From positions 20,843,801 to 20,896,721 of the forward strand of contig NC_068995.1 of the NCBI RefSeq assembly GCF_001194135.2: a stretch of 52,921 nucleotides of DNA, given 5' to 3'. This document shows positions 1 through 10,104 of the stretch, piece after piece. The stretch comes from Octopus bimaculoides (Eukaryota). The notes beneath the pieces were generated by a model. It was not told the DNA's origin, did not search any database, and saw only the letters and a program-made list of their open reading frames with translations. Both the position numbers and the translations under genes were made by a program. The first letter of the stretch is position 1. The number at the start of each line of letters is the position of its first letter.

Positions 1-68
<68 letters not shown>

Positions 69-104
69 TATGCATATATGTATGTATATATATGTATATA
101 TATA
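1..104. repeat. (TG)n microsatellite followed by TA/TATG low-complexity
   Basis: Pure TG run 1-59, then TA-rich repeats. Confidence 0.95.
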
Positions 105-106
105 CG

Positions 107-441
107 AAGGCGCATAACTCAGTGGTTAGGGCATCGAGCTTACGATTGTGAGGTTGTGAGTTCGAATCCCGGATTGAGCTGTGTGTTGTGCTCTTGAGTA
201 AGATACCTTATTTCACGTTGCTCCAGTTCACTCAGCTGCAGAAATGAGTTGCGACGTAACAAGTGCCAAGCTGTATCGGCCCCTTTGCCTTTCCCTTGGA
301 TAACACTGGCGGCGTGAAGAAGGGAGACCGGTATGCATGGTTGACTGCTGGTCTTCCATAAGCAACCTTGCCCGGACTTGTGCTCCGGAGGGTAACTTTC
401 TAGGTGCAATCTCATGGTCAGTCATGACCGAAGGGGGTCTC
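107..441 (+). mobile_element. tRNA-derived SINE (S3) with CORE-like central domain
   Basis: A-box-like TAACTCAGTGG (115-125) and B box GTTCGAATCC (160-169). CORE-like segment gtgttgtgctcttgagtaagatacc...tcacgttgctccagttcactc. 3' hairpin GGTCA-gtca-TGACC. Flanked by TA microsatellites. Confidence 0.8.
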
Positions 442-849
442 AGCATATGTATATATGTATATGTGCGTGTATGTGTGTACATACACCTACACACGAGCAT
501 GCTTACATACACTTCAACACTTCAAGTGACTGCATTTCATAGGTGACAAAATATCTCTGCATGTTTCTATTTGTATGTGAGCATGAATGTGTGTATGTGT
601 GTGAGTCTGTGTGTGTATGTGTGTATGTGGGTGTGCGTGCATGTGTCTCTATTAATGATGATTATTAACAAGGTAGATATTTGGCCTTCACAAACGCACT
701 TCGTAATGGGAACCGGTTGTGCACATCTCCATCTACGTATCTCCCTCTTGACAAACAAGAATTGACGGAAGTGTTGTAATCACAAGTTGACTTGAACATG
801 AGAAATTTGATCATTATTTCATCTCTATCATTTCTTTCCTCCTCAATCT

Positions 850-1500
850 TAAAAAAGTGCGGAAGATACATCTATTTTTATCCATGGGCAGTAGGTTTTA
901 AGATATATAGCTGGTAGGCTTTGATTAGGCTTCCATATCCAACTGTTAATCTGTTTGATTAACTATACAAACATAAATTCTCATAGACAAGCTGAGAATT
1001 ATTTGTTGATTAGCTTTTTGTTTTCGCATTTTATTTTTGTATTTTTTCACATTTGTCCCCAAACTGAAACTGAAAGGTGGGTTGAACCAAATGTTGCTAT
1101 TTTTAGCTCTGGTTTAGATCCAATTGTGTGATAGGAAATGGAATGTTTCTTTGAAACCGCTCATGTTTCGGTTTTCATTTTGCTATTATTGCTTTCTCAG
1201 CAGATGTTGAAGAGATTCTTCTCTGACCTATGCCTGATCAGTTTCTAAATTCAAGAACATTCATGTTTTTTTGGGAGACTGCCAGAATGTCGTCACTGTA
1301 AATTTGAATATGCTGCTCACTTTTCCTACTATGTGTGGTCCTACCACACTTATTGTGACAAGTTGTTTCCCTTTCCTTCTTATCCCTGAGTGTGCTATAG
1401 AATATAACAGACTTTCTCGGGCGCATTATTACACCCATTTGTTTAATGGTTTAGTCTGAAGGACGGTTTATGCTATTAGACTTCACATGCCCTCGATGAA
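850..1500 (-). mobile_element. Highly decayed non-LTR RT fragment (RTE/L1-like)
   Basis: Minus ORF 1238-1438 contains HIQIYSDDILAVS, resembling the RT catalytic YxDD motif. Upstream VDFIEG resembles xDFxKAFD. Many stops and frameshifts. Confidence 0.35.
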
Positions 1501-1679
1501 ATCGACGTGGCTTGATGTATTTCAAGTGTGCACAAACAACACATGCAAAAGAAAACTCCAGAGAGGAATTGCTTTGGTGTTAGGGCGCTGTACAGGGATA
1601 TACACATAATGATTGGCAGGAGGATAAATTAGCTGGAAGGGTTTGAGCACAACGCTATCCAACATATGAAAACATCTTT

Positions 1680-1680
<1 letters not shown>

Positions 1681-1716
<36 letters not shown>

Positions 1717-1806
1717 GCTGCTGCTGCTGCTGCTACTACTACTACCAGTACTACTACTACTATTACTACTACTACTATTACTACTACCACCACCACCACC
1801 ACCACC

Positions 1807-1905
<99 letters not shown>

Positions 1906-1908
1906 GAA

Positions 1909-1978
<70 letters not shown>
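1681..1978. repeat. Compound triplet array (ACT)n-(GCT)n-(ACT/ATT)n-(ACC)n-(ACT)n-(AAT)n
   Basis: Read directly. It explains the poly-Thr/poly-Asn ORF 1666-2049. Confidence 0.95.
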
Positions 1979-1979
<1 letters not shown>

Positions 1980-2039
1980 AGTAGTAGTAGCAGCAACAGC
2001 AGCAATGGCGGCAATAGTGACAGCAGCAGGAAAGTCAGA

Positions 2040-2400
2040 AAGAGGCTAGCTGTGAGGTAGGCAGCAGAATACATAAATGACTTCACTCAGTTAAGTTAGG
2101 TGGGCAAAGTGTTTGGGTCTGTTCGGAGATTTGTATGTAGCAGCAGCAATGTCGTCTCCATATGTGACAGGAATACTCCATTGTGGAACTCAGCTAAGCT
2201 TTGCAGAATATTCATGGTTGTTGGGAACTGGAACGTTTTCTAAGAATGGACATGAAAGCACTTATTGTTACATTGAGGCTGCTTGATCGCTAAGGCAGAT
2301 TCTCTAAAATCTCCGGTGACTTCGTAAGGAATTCATTAGAGGCTCATTCCATGGTATTTATTCATGGAATCGAGGTAATTTCGGTGTAGCGTGTAGTTTA
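2040..2400 (-). mobile_element. Decayed CR1-like LINE RT C-terminal fragment
   Basis: Minus translation CKA*LSSTMEYSCHIW then frameshifted DIAAATY resembles the CR1-type YKAxxRPxMEYxSHIWxGAA region. Confidence 0.5.
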
Positions 2401-2506
2401 CATCTTGAAGGCACTTAGCTATGGATGGTTAGTGACAAACAATAATATGTAATACATAAATACATACATACATACAGACATACAGGCAGACAGATAATCA
2501 GAAAAT

Positions 2507-2592
2507 CACACACACACACACACGTGCACACACACACACGTGCACACACACACACGTGCACACACACACACACGTGCACACACACACACACA
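2507..2592. repeat. About 16-bp minisatellite (CA)6-7CGTG
   Basis: Four CACGTGCAC interruptions of a CA run at 16-18 bp spacing, running into an N gap. Confidence 0.9.
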
Positions 2593-3095
2593 NNNNNNNN
2601 NNNNNNNNNNNNNNNNNNNNNNNNNNNNNNNNNNNNNNNNNNNNNNNNNNNNNNNNNNNNNNNNNNNNNNNNNNNNNNNNNNNNNNNNNNNNNNNNNNNN
2701 NNNNNNNNNNNNNNNNNNNNNNNNNNNNNNNNNNNNNNNNNNNNNNNNNNNNNNNNNNNNNNNNNNNNNNNNNNNNNNNNNNNNNNNNNNNNNNNNNNNN
2801 NNNNNNNNNNNNNNNNNNNNNNNNNNNNNNNNNNNNNNNNNNNNNNNNNNNNNNNNNNNNNNNNNNNNNNNNNNNNNNNNNNNNNNNNNNNNNNNNNNNN
2901 NNNNNNNNNNNNNNNNNNNNNNNNNNNNNNNNNNNNNNNNNNNNNNNNNNNNNNNNNNNNNNNNNNNNNNNNNNNNNNNNNNNNNNNNNNNNNNNNNNNN
3001 NNNNNNNNNNNNNNNNNNNNNNNNNNNNNNNNNNNNNNNNNNNNNNNNNNNNNNNNNNNNNNNNNNNNNNNNNNNNNNNNNNNNNNNNNNNNNNN

Positions 3096-3400
3096 CTATT
3101 CTAACTAGACGTTTCGGAGATAAGGCAGAACGTACCCTAGAATAGTCTCTTCCTGAGTAGTGGATCAACTCACTAAACAGAGGATTCGAAGGTGGCAAAC
3201 GTAAACCAAGACAGGAAAAATTCGACAGTGAAAACAACATAAAAAAGCCGTACGGCCAAACGCGGATCTGATGTAGAACGCTAGTAGTTCGTCTTGTCTT
3301 CACAGCGGCTGGAGTGAAAAGAAAGTTGATCAAAGGTCACACGAGAGCAGAGAGAATGGTGGAGGGAGGAAGTGGAACAAGGAGGAAGACACAGGAGTAT
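3096..3400 (-). mobile_element. Candidate Penelope-like element (PLE) pseudo-LTR relic
   Basis: Contains the minimal hammerhead-like motif at 3104-3161 (-) and starts next to a TA run. No RT or GIY-YIG sequence is visible. Confidence 0.35.
3104..3161 (-). ncRNA. Decayed minimal type-I hammerhead ribozyme motif
   Basis: Minus strand: ACTA-CTCAGGA-A-GAGA-(25 nt)-TCTC-C-GAA-ACGT-C-TAGT. Stem I ACTA/TAGT, stem II GAGA/TCTC, palindromic ACGT in place of stem III. Core CUGANGA has G5>C. Confidence 0.5.
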
Positions 3401-3499
3401 ATATATATATATATATATATATAAATGCGTGTGAGACGTTAAGAAGGGAATCGTTTCGAGAGCTATGCCCTTAGGCAAGGATCAAATTGCAGTCATAGA

Positions 3500-3716
3500 G
3501 TAAGGATTAAAAGCCGGCAATTTCCTCAATTTCTGGAGAGAAGATAAGACAATTATATCGACTTTAGTGTTCAATAAGTACTTATTTCATCAGCCCCGAA
3601 AGAATGAAAGGCAAAGTCAACCTCGGCAGCATTTGAATTCAGACCGTGAAGTCGGAAGAAATGCCGATAAGCATTTGTCCCAGCGTGGGAACGATTCTGC
3701 CGGCTCGCTACCGCCA
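3500..3716 (-). mobile_element. SINE S2 copy
   Basis: Reverse complement matches the head and body of 5178-5385 (ggcgg..gcgagccggcagaatcgtt...ctgaattcaaat...ccgaggttgactttgcctttcattc). Confidence 0.85.
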
Positions 3717-3924
3717 TAGAAAGAGGCCACTACTAAAATCATGGGTGAACTTGAACGTGTATATGTTTGTACATAATAATGTATGCAAACCTACTGTTGA
3801 AGCCTATTTGAGAGACGTCATCTAAATTGGTGTTGAAGGTAAAGCAACGGGGTTGTTCGCTTTGTGTTACGAAACTCAGTGAGCTATCAAGATCGATATA
3901 TAAAGACTAAAATCCATGAAGGCG

Positions 3925-3975
3925 GTGTTATGGCATGTATGGCCATAGTCCCATAACTGGACTGAAGCCAGTAAA
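3925..3975 (+). mobile_element. Decayed S1-type 3' tail
   Basis: gaaggcggtgtt...catgtatggccatagtc...gactgaagccagtaaaa resembles the S1 tail at 26044-26095. Confidence 0.5.
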
Positions 3976-4114
3976 AAAATATAACATTTAAATATAACAT
4001 TTAGAAAATAACGTGTATGTGTGTAAGCAAAACTCCTCGATGTCTCGTAGCCATAATATTTATGTAGCTGTACAATTAGCCTCGCAACAATACCACCAGC
4101 ACCATCCCCACCAC

Positions 4115-4222
4115 ATCATCATCATCATCATCATCATCAACAACAGCAACAACAACAACAACAACAGCAACAACAGCTGCAGCAGCAGCAGCAGCAGCAG
4201 TAGGAACGACAACGACAACAAC
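4115..4222. repeat. Compound (CAT)n-(CAA)n-(CAG)n-(CAA/GAC) array
   Basis: Read directly. Confidence 0.9.
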
Positions 4223-4867
4223 CCTATATAGCCTCTTCCCATCTCCTCTGCACTCTATCTCTTCTGTCATTTAACCATCTGGGATTTCTATTGAGCAAAA
4301 TGTACTGTTATAGCTGCTGCTCCTGCTGGATGTGTCATACTTACATATTGTCATGCCGGATACACACACAGACACACGCGCACACACACACACACACACA
4401 CAAATACACATACACACACACATACATATATACACACACGCACACACGTATATATACACTCCAACCCCCCCATATATATATATATGTATATATATGTCCC
4501 ATGATTAGCTGTTGGTAGTAGCAACATGATTAAGCTTAGACATAACATAACAGCAAACTGTGTGACCACTCGTTCTATCGATTACTGATTACTAATATGC
4601 AAGCATATACATATACACGCGCACGCGTGAGCATGTGTGTGTGTGTGTAGCATACACACACACATATGCATATATTTATATATATATATATATATATGTG
4701 TGTATATATATAAACTGTGCATGTTTGTATATATTATATAATCTTGTTTGTAAATAGCTGATTTTTATGTATTTTTTAAATACAAATATTGATATTTGAA
4801 CAGTTCCCAGCATTATAACTGCTGCCGTCGTTGACAACCTCACGCTATAGTTATTGCTGTTGTTGTG

Positions 4868-5087
4868 AGTGTGGTGAACTAATCAGAATTGTCAGTTTGT
4901 CAGAAGAACTGTCTTATGGTACTTCGCTCCGAGTTTTTTTGAAGTTCTGAGTTCAAAATCCTACAGAGGTCATCTTTGCCTTTCCTCCTTTTAGTTCGAT
5001 AAAATAAAGTACAAGTCAAATGCCAGATCGATGTTATCGACCTCGTCACTCTCCTCACTGTTGCTGGCCCTAGGCCCTAATTCGAAA
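4868..5087 (+). mobile_element. Old diverged SINE S2 copy
   Basis: gttctgagttcaaaatcctacagaggtcatctttgcctttcctcc...gataaaataaagtac...ttgctggccc matches the S2 body and tail alpha. Confidence 0.7.
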
Positions 5088-5177
5088 TAATTATTGTGTT
5101 GTTAATTATATTATTATTAACGTTTGCGTTGCATTTTAGTACGATTGTGTTTTTTTATTGTTATTACTGCTGATATT

Positions 5178-5385
5178 AAGGCGGCGAGCTGGCAAAATTG
5201 TTAGTCCATTTGGCAAAATGCTTAGCGATATTTCGTCTGTCATTACGTTCTGAGTTCACATTCCACCGAGGACGTCTTTACCCTTCATCCTTTCAAGGAT
5301 AAGATAAGTACCAGGTGAGCACTGGAGTCAATGTAATCGAATTATCCACCCCCGAATTTGCTGGCCTTGTGCCAAAATTTGAAAC
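5178..5385 (+). mobile_element. SINE S2, full length, tail alpha
   Basis: Head aaggcggcgagctggcaaaattgttag, B-box-like gagttcacattcc, tail cccgaatttgctggccttgtgccaaaatttgaaac. Confidence 0.9.
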
Positions 5386-5404
5386 ATTTATTACTGTTGT
5401 TATT

Positions 5405-6041
5405 AAAGCGGTGAGCTGGTAGAAATGTTAGCACGCCTGGCGAAATGCTTAGCGGTATTTCGTCTGCTGCTACGTTCTAAGTTCAAATTCCGCCGAGGTC
5501 GACTTTGCATTTCATCTTTTCGGGGTCGATAAATTAAGTACCAGTTACGCACTGGGGTCGATGTAATCGACTTAATCCGTTTGTCTGTCCTTGTTTGCCC
5601 CCTCTATGTTTAGCCCCTTGTGGGCAATAAAGAAATAAGAAACGTTAGCACGCCTGGCGAAATGCTTAGCGGTATTTCGTCTGCCGCTACGTTCTAAGTT
5701 CAAATTCCACCGAGGTCGACTTTGCCTTTCATCCTTTCGGGGTCGATAAATTAAGTACCAGTTACGCACTGGGGTGGATGTAATCGACTTAATCCCTTTG
5801 TCTGTCCTTGTTTGTCCCCTCTAATGTTTAGCCCCTTGTGGGCAATAAATAAATAAGAAACGTTTGCACGCAGGGCATAATACGTAGCGGCATTTCGTCC
5901 GTTTTTGCGCTCTGAGTTCAAATTCCATCGTAGTCTACTTTTGCGGTCGATAAAATAAGTACCAGTTGAGTACTGAAGGAGTCGATGGAACTGACTCACC
6001 CCTTTCCCCGAAATTGCTGGCCTTGCGTCAAAATTTGAAAC
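5405..6041 (+). mobile_element. Tandem or nested S2 trimer: head 5405-5426, two young units with tail beta (5427-5643, 5644-5861), older body with tail alpha (5862-6041)
   Basis: Units of 217 and 218 bp differ at about 9 positions by manual comparison. The third unit is more diverged and has a different tail. Confidence 0.9.
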
Positions 6042-6049
6042 TAATATAA

Positions 6050-7560
6050 TTAATTATGTTCATTTTGTCTTGTTATTTCGTTTTCAGTTAATCGGTTGTT
6101 GCTCTTATTTCTGTTGCCCTGATGCTCTTACTGTTGTTGGAGCACTCTTATCATTTATTTTGTTGTTTCTGCAGCAAAGTCGATTTATGCTGCTGTTAAT
6201 TTGTAATTAATGTCCTTTGCCTTTGGTGTTGTTGTTGCTGGTGCTACTTCTGATACTGCTGCTGCTGTTGTTATTGCTGCTGCTAATGATGCCTTTAGTG
6301 ATAGTCATACATCAATGGATGTACCTGTAGTCGTTTTTGTCGTTTTTGTTGTTGTTGTTGTTGTTGTTGTTGTGTTATACCAGTTCGTTTCCCAGCGATA
6401 ATGTTTCTTGAACTACATTACTCAACATGACCTTCATTTTAACGATATCTGGTTTATAAATTGATGCATATTTGGCTGCTATTTCTAGCACATCTTGTGA
6501 CTATGTACATGACTCCCTTTTTATTACTGCTAGACGTGATGCTGTTGCTGCTGCTGCTTTTGTTCTAATCCTGAGCCTTCTGCATTCATGCAGCTGATGC
6601 AATCACATTTGATGTTGCTATTGCTGTTAGTTTCTGTTGTTGTTACTGTTGCTACAGTTGTCAATCCTTGTTGCTGTTATAATCCCTATAGTTGCTAATT
6701 AGTCTTGTTGTTAAAGTTATTATTACTGCAGTGATTAGCATACCTTGTTATAGCCATCAATGTTGTAGTTGTTGTTGATAATGCTATTCTTGTTTCTACC
6801 GTCGTCATCATTGTTATTCTTGTTGTCCCTTAGCGTTGCATCTGCCCTGATCGACCAGAGTTGGGATCCAATATATTCCAGTCACAAACCCCACCATATT
6901 GTTTTCCCACATTCACCCACATTTAAAATTATGCCAGTATCTCCTACTCACGGTACACTACAGAAAATTTAGAAATATTTAATATTTAATGTTTCAAATT
7001 TCTGTGTGTGTTATTCACGTTTTAAAAATATGTTTCATTAGTTTTGTGTTGCACTTAGCTACACCTTACTGAACATCAGTGTTCCACGGTGCATTGTTTG
7101 AGAACCACTGCAGCAGCAAGGTTGCTATTTCTAGAGGTTCGATCGATCACCTGGAGGCTCCCTTGTTGGCACATTGTTCCTCCTGATGCTATGACTGCTG
7201 TTGCTTCTGTTACAATTAGTTTTGTCTCTGCTGCTATTGATGCAGCAACTATTTTCAGTGCATCTGTTGTTTCTGCTGTTGCATATGATCTTGTTTCTTT
7301 TAATATTCTGTGTTGGTGTTATTGTTGTTGTACGTGTTGTTGTTACAGTTGATACTATTGTTGTCGTTGCTGTAGATGTGTCTATTTTTATTATTGTTCT
7401 TCTCGATGCCATCGGTGCATTTATTGATGTCATCGTAATAATTGCTCCTTCTTTTGTCGCAGTTGATTATGCTGTTGATGTAGCTATTTTTATTACACTG
7501 CAAGCACTTTTGTTCTGGCTGTTCTTGAGTCACGCTCGCTGCTCTTGTTACGGTTTTATT
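6050..7560. repeat. Degenerate GTT/GCT/ATT cryptic triplet low-complexity region
   Basis: Pervasive gttgtt/gctgct/attatt. It explains the Val/Leu-rich and Thr/Asn-rich ORFs. Confidence 0.75.
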
Positions 7561-7829
7561 TCTTTGCCGTTTAATCAAAGATGAAAGGTCACTGCACATG
7601 TCCTTTTATTATTCGAGTTCTCCAAGACTGGTTGGAGGAACAGAGAAAATTATTCTGACACTGGAGACCCGGCGAAAATGCTTGCAACAAAGTGTGTTCT
7701 ACTAAAGCCACGCGAGAACGAATTTGTCATATTAAAGTAGACGACAAATGAAGCCAACAACGAAGGAATGCAAAAAAGCAAGGAAACGATGCAGTAAGAA
7801 ATATCGTCGGAAGTTTTAATAACCCCTTC

Positions 7830-7890
7830 AGTCTCCTCCTCGACTGATGCTTATTTTAACGACTAAAAAGGGATGAAAAACAAAGGTGTC
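7830..7890 (-). mobile_element. SINE S2 fragment
   Basis: cctcgactgatgcttattttaacgactaaaaagggatgaaaaacaaagg resembles the reverse complement of the S2 body. Confidence 0.55.
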
Positions 7891-8487
7891 CTGCTATTGC
7901 ACTGCTAATGCTGTTGCTAAGGCATTTATTTAGTTTTTATGATAGTCTTGATGAAACATTGCTTAGTAAATGACAATCCAATTGCAACTGATTCCTATTT
8001 TTGTTAGGCAAAGTGAAAGTAAGCGCACAGTTTATCTAACGCGTCTTTTTATTATATTTTCTACAGCAGTAAGTTAATGAGATTTAGTTCCTAGTCCTAT
8101 CGTGCCGAATAACCATTTAGAAGTCTTTAGATCTTTTATTATTGATGAAGTCTTCTTGGTTGTGATACTAGCGTTATAGTTATTGCTGTTGTCGTTTATC
8201 CCCATGTAAGGCTAAACAAAGTCTACTCTGGTCCACAGTATTTAATGTGTCTCTCTGTTCAGTGCTAAGTTGGTAAGGTGTGATTTGAAGGAGATTTAAG
8301 TACTTTTTCTAGCATGATGGTTAACTTCGTTCATTTTTCAGGCTGTTTTATTATTGATCTTGGTCGTGATGGACTCATTGCTTTCGCCGTGGCTGCAGTG
8401 TCTGCTCATTGACTGAGCAGATCTACGATTAAGGTATTTCAGCAACTTACATCCCAATCATTTCCTCTCGATATTAATGTTACGAGT

Positions 8488-8614
8488 AAGGCGGCGAGCG
8501 GGCAGAATCGAAAGCACGCCGGGCAAAATGCTTAGCAGCATGTCATCGTTTTGGGGTCAGCGTAATCGACTTACCCCACCCCGAAATTGCTGGCCTTGTG
8601 CCAAAGTTTGAAAT
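8488..8614 (+). mobile_element. SINE S2 with internal deletion
   Basis: Intact head joined directly to ggggtc..gtaatcgacttacccc and tail alpha. The B-box and body segment is missing. Confidence 0.85.
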
Positions 8615-9295
8615 CGTTATGAATATTTCGCGGAAAACATTCTCTTTCTCCTCTACGGTAAAATGACAAGGAAATTTAACTGTTATTTCTAGCATTCCTA
8701 ACTACAAAATATAGATGATCACTTGTTAGTGTTATCCCTGTCCAGTGTGTGTTTGTTTATGTCTCATCGTACTGCTGTTGTCAGTGTTCACTAGCTGTTG
8801 TTGATGTTGCAGGAACATTGAGTTAATTTAATCAGTAACTGCAATCCAGACACGTTTCTATTTAATTCAGTTTTAAAATTCAAAGTTTTTTTTCTTGTTT
8901 TTCACAAAACCATTTATTAGGTTTTCCCCCTTATTATTATTCTTTTAAATCTTTAATGTTTTAGTTCTTGTCTTTCTTGAATTCCATTCCGTCTTCACTA
9001 ATGTTTATTTTGAAATTTTTCTTCTATAATTTCTCGGATTTCTTTTTCTTTCGCATTTATGTTTTTACACCATTTTTTTTAACCCCAGTTACATGATTTT
9101 GTCGAGACACGTCTTTAAACATCATTGCTGTCTCTTTTACATGTTTTCTGCAACGCATACTGTATAGATATATTCGTTTGTTTTATCTTTATTTTTCTTT
9201 TAAATAATATATTTTTAATTTCCTTCAGATGTATACGGTATTTCAAAAGAAATTTTTATCACAAAGAAAATTTCATTCATTCTCATTCGATTCCC

Positions 9296-9296
<1 letters not shown>

Positions 9297-9374
<78 letters not shown>

Positions 9375-9436
9375 CATCATCATCATTATTATTATTATTA
9401 TCATCATCATCATTATTATTATTATTATTATTATTA
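9297..9436. repeat. (ATT)n/(ATC)n array
   Basis: Read directly. Confidence 0.95.
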
Positions 9437-10068
9437 AATTGAAAAATAGTTTTTCAGTTTTCACAATCATCTTATTTAGTGATTTAGCTAGTTATTCAAG
9501 ATTTTAAGCACAATATTGTTCAACTAAGTATTTTACGGAATCAATTATATTAGGTATCATAAATATCACCGAAATGATGAATTTGTTTGGTGAAAGCTAG
9601 TTCAAGCTTTTATCAATCCATGTACAATGTGGACGTAGTATTAAAACATGGATAGTCATTACCAAATAACATGGATACCGAATGCTACATAATGTATGCT
9701 TGATCTTCTCTCCGAAACCGGTTATATATATATATATTACCATGAATCCAAATCAATATATTTATTTAACTTCTACTTTTTAGTTGTGAGAATTTCATTT
9801 CTTGTTACAATTTTTATTTATTTAGATGTATTAGTTTATTTGTTGATTGTTTAAGTTACATGTGTTTAAAGTTAAATTAATTTTCATATATTTAATGGGA
9901 GTATGATTCACTATATATCACATGTATGGAGTTAGCCTATTTACAAATGGTGAGGGTACATTTCATTCTAAAGTTACTTCCTATGCCGGTTTTAACTTTT
10001 AGCGTTCACGGAATGTTAATTTGAATAAAATTTATTATTTAGAAATGTATTAAATATGTATACATACA

Positions 10069-10104
<36 letters not shown>

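Noticed and set aside
107-175. tRNA gene (A and B boxes, anticodon-like loop)
   Set aside because: No convincing acceptor stem or poly-T terminator, and it continues into a SINE body. The same applies to 25681, 44599 and 48965.
1666-2049. Poly-Thr/Asn ORF and the many similar homopolymeric, His-Thr or Cys-Val ORFs in the track
   Set aside because: They are translations of microsatellites, open in several frames and on both strands.
5427-5861. CRISPR-like or satellite array
   Set aside because: The units are whole SINE bodies with no repeat-spacer structure, in a eukaryotic context.
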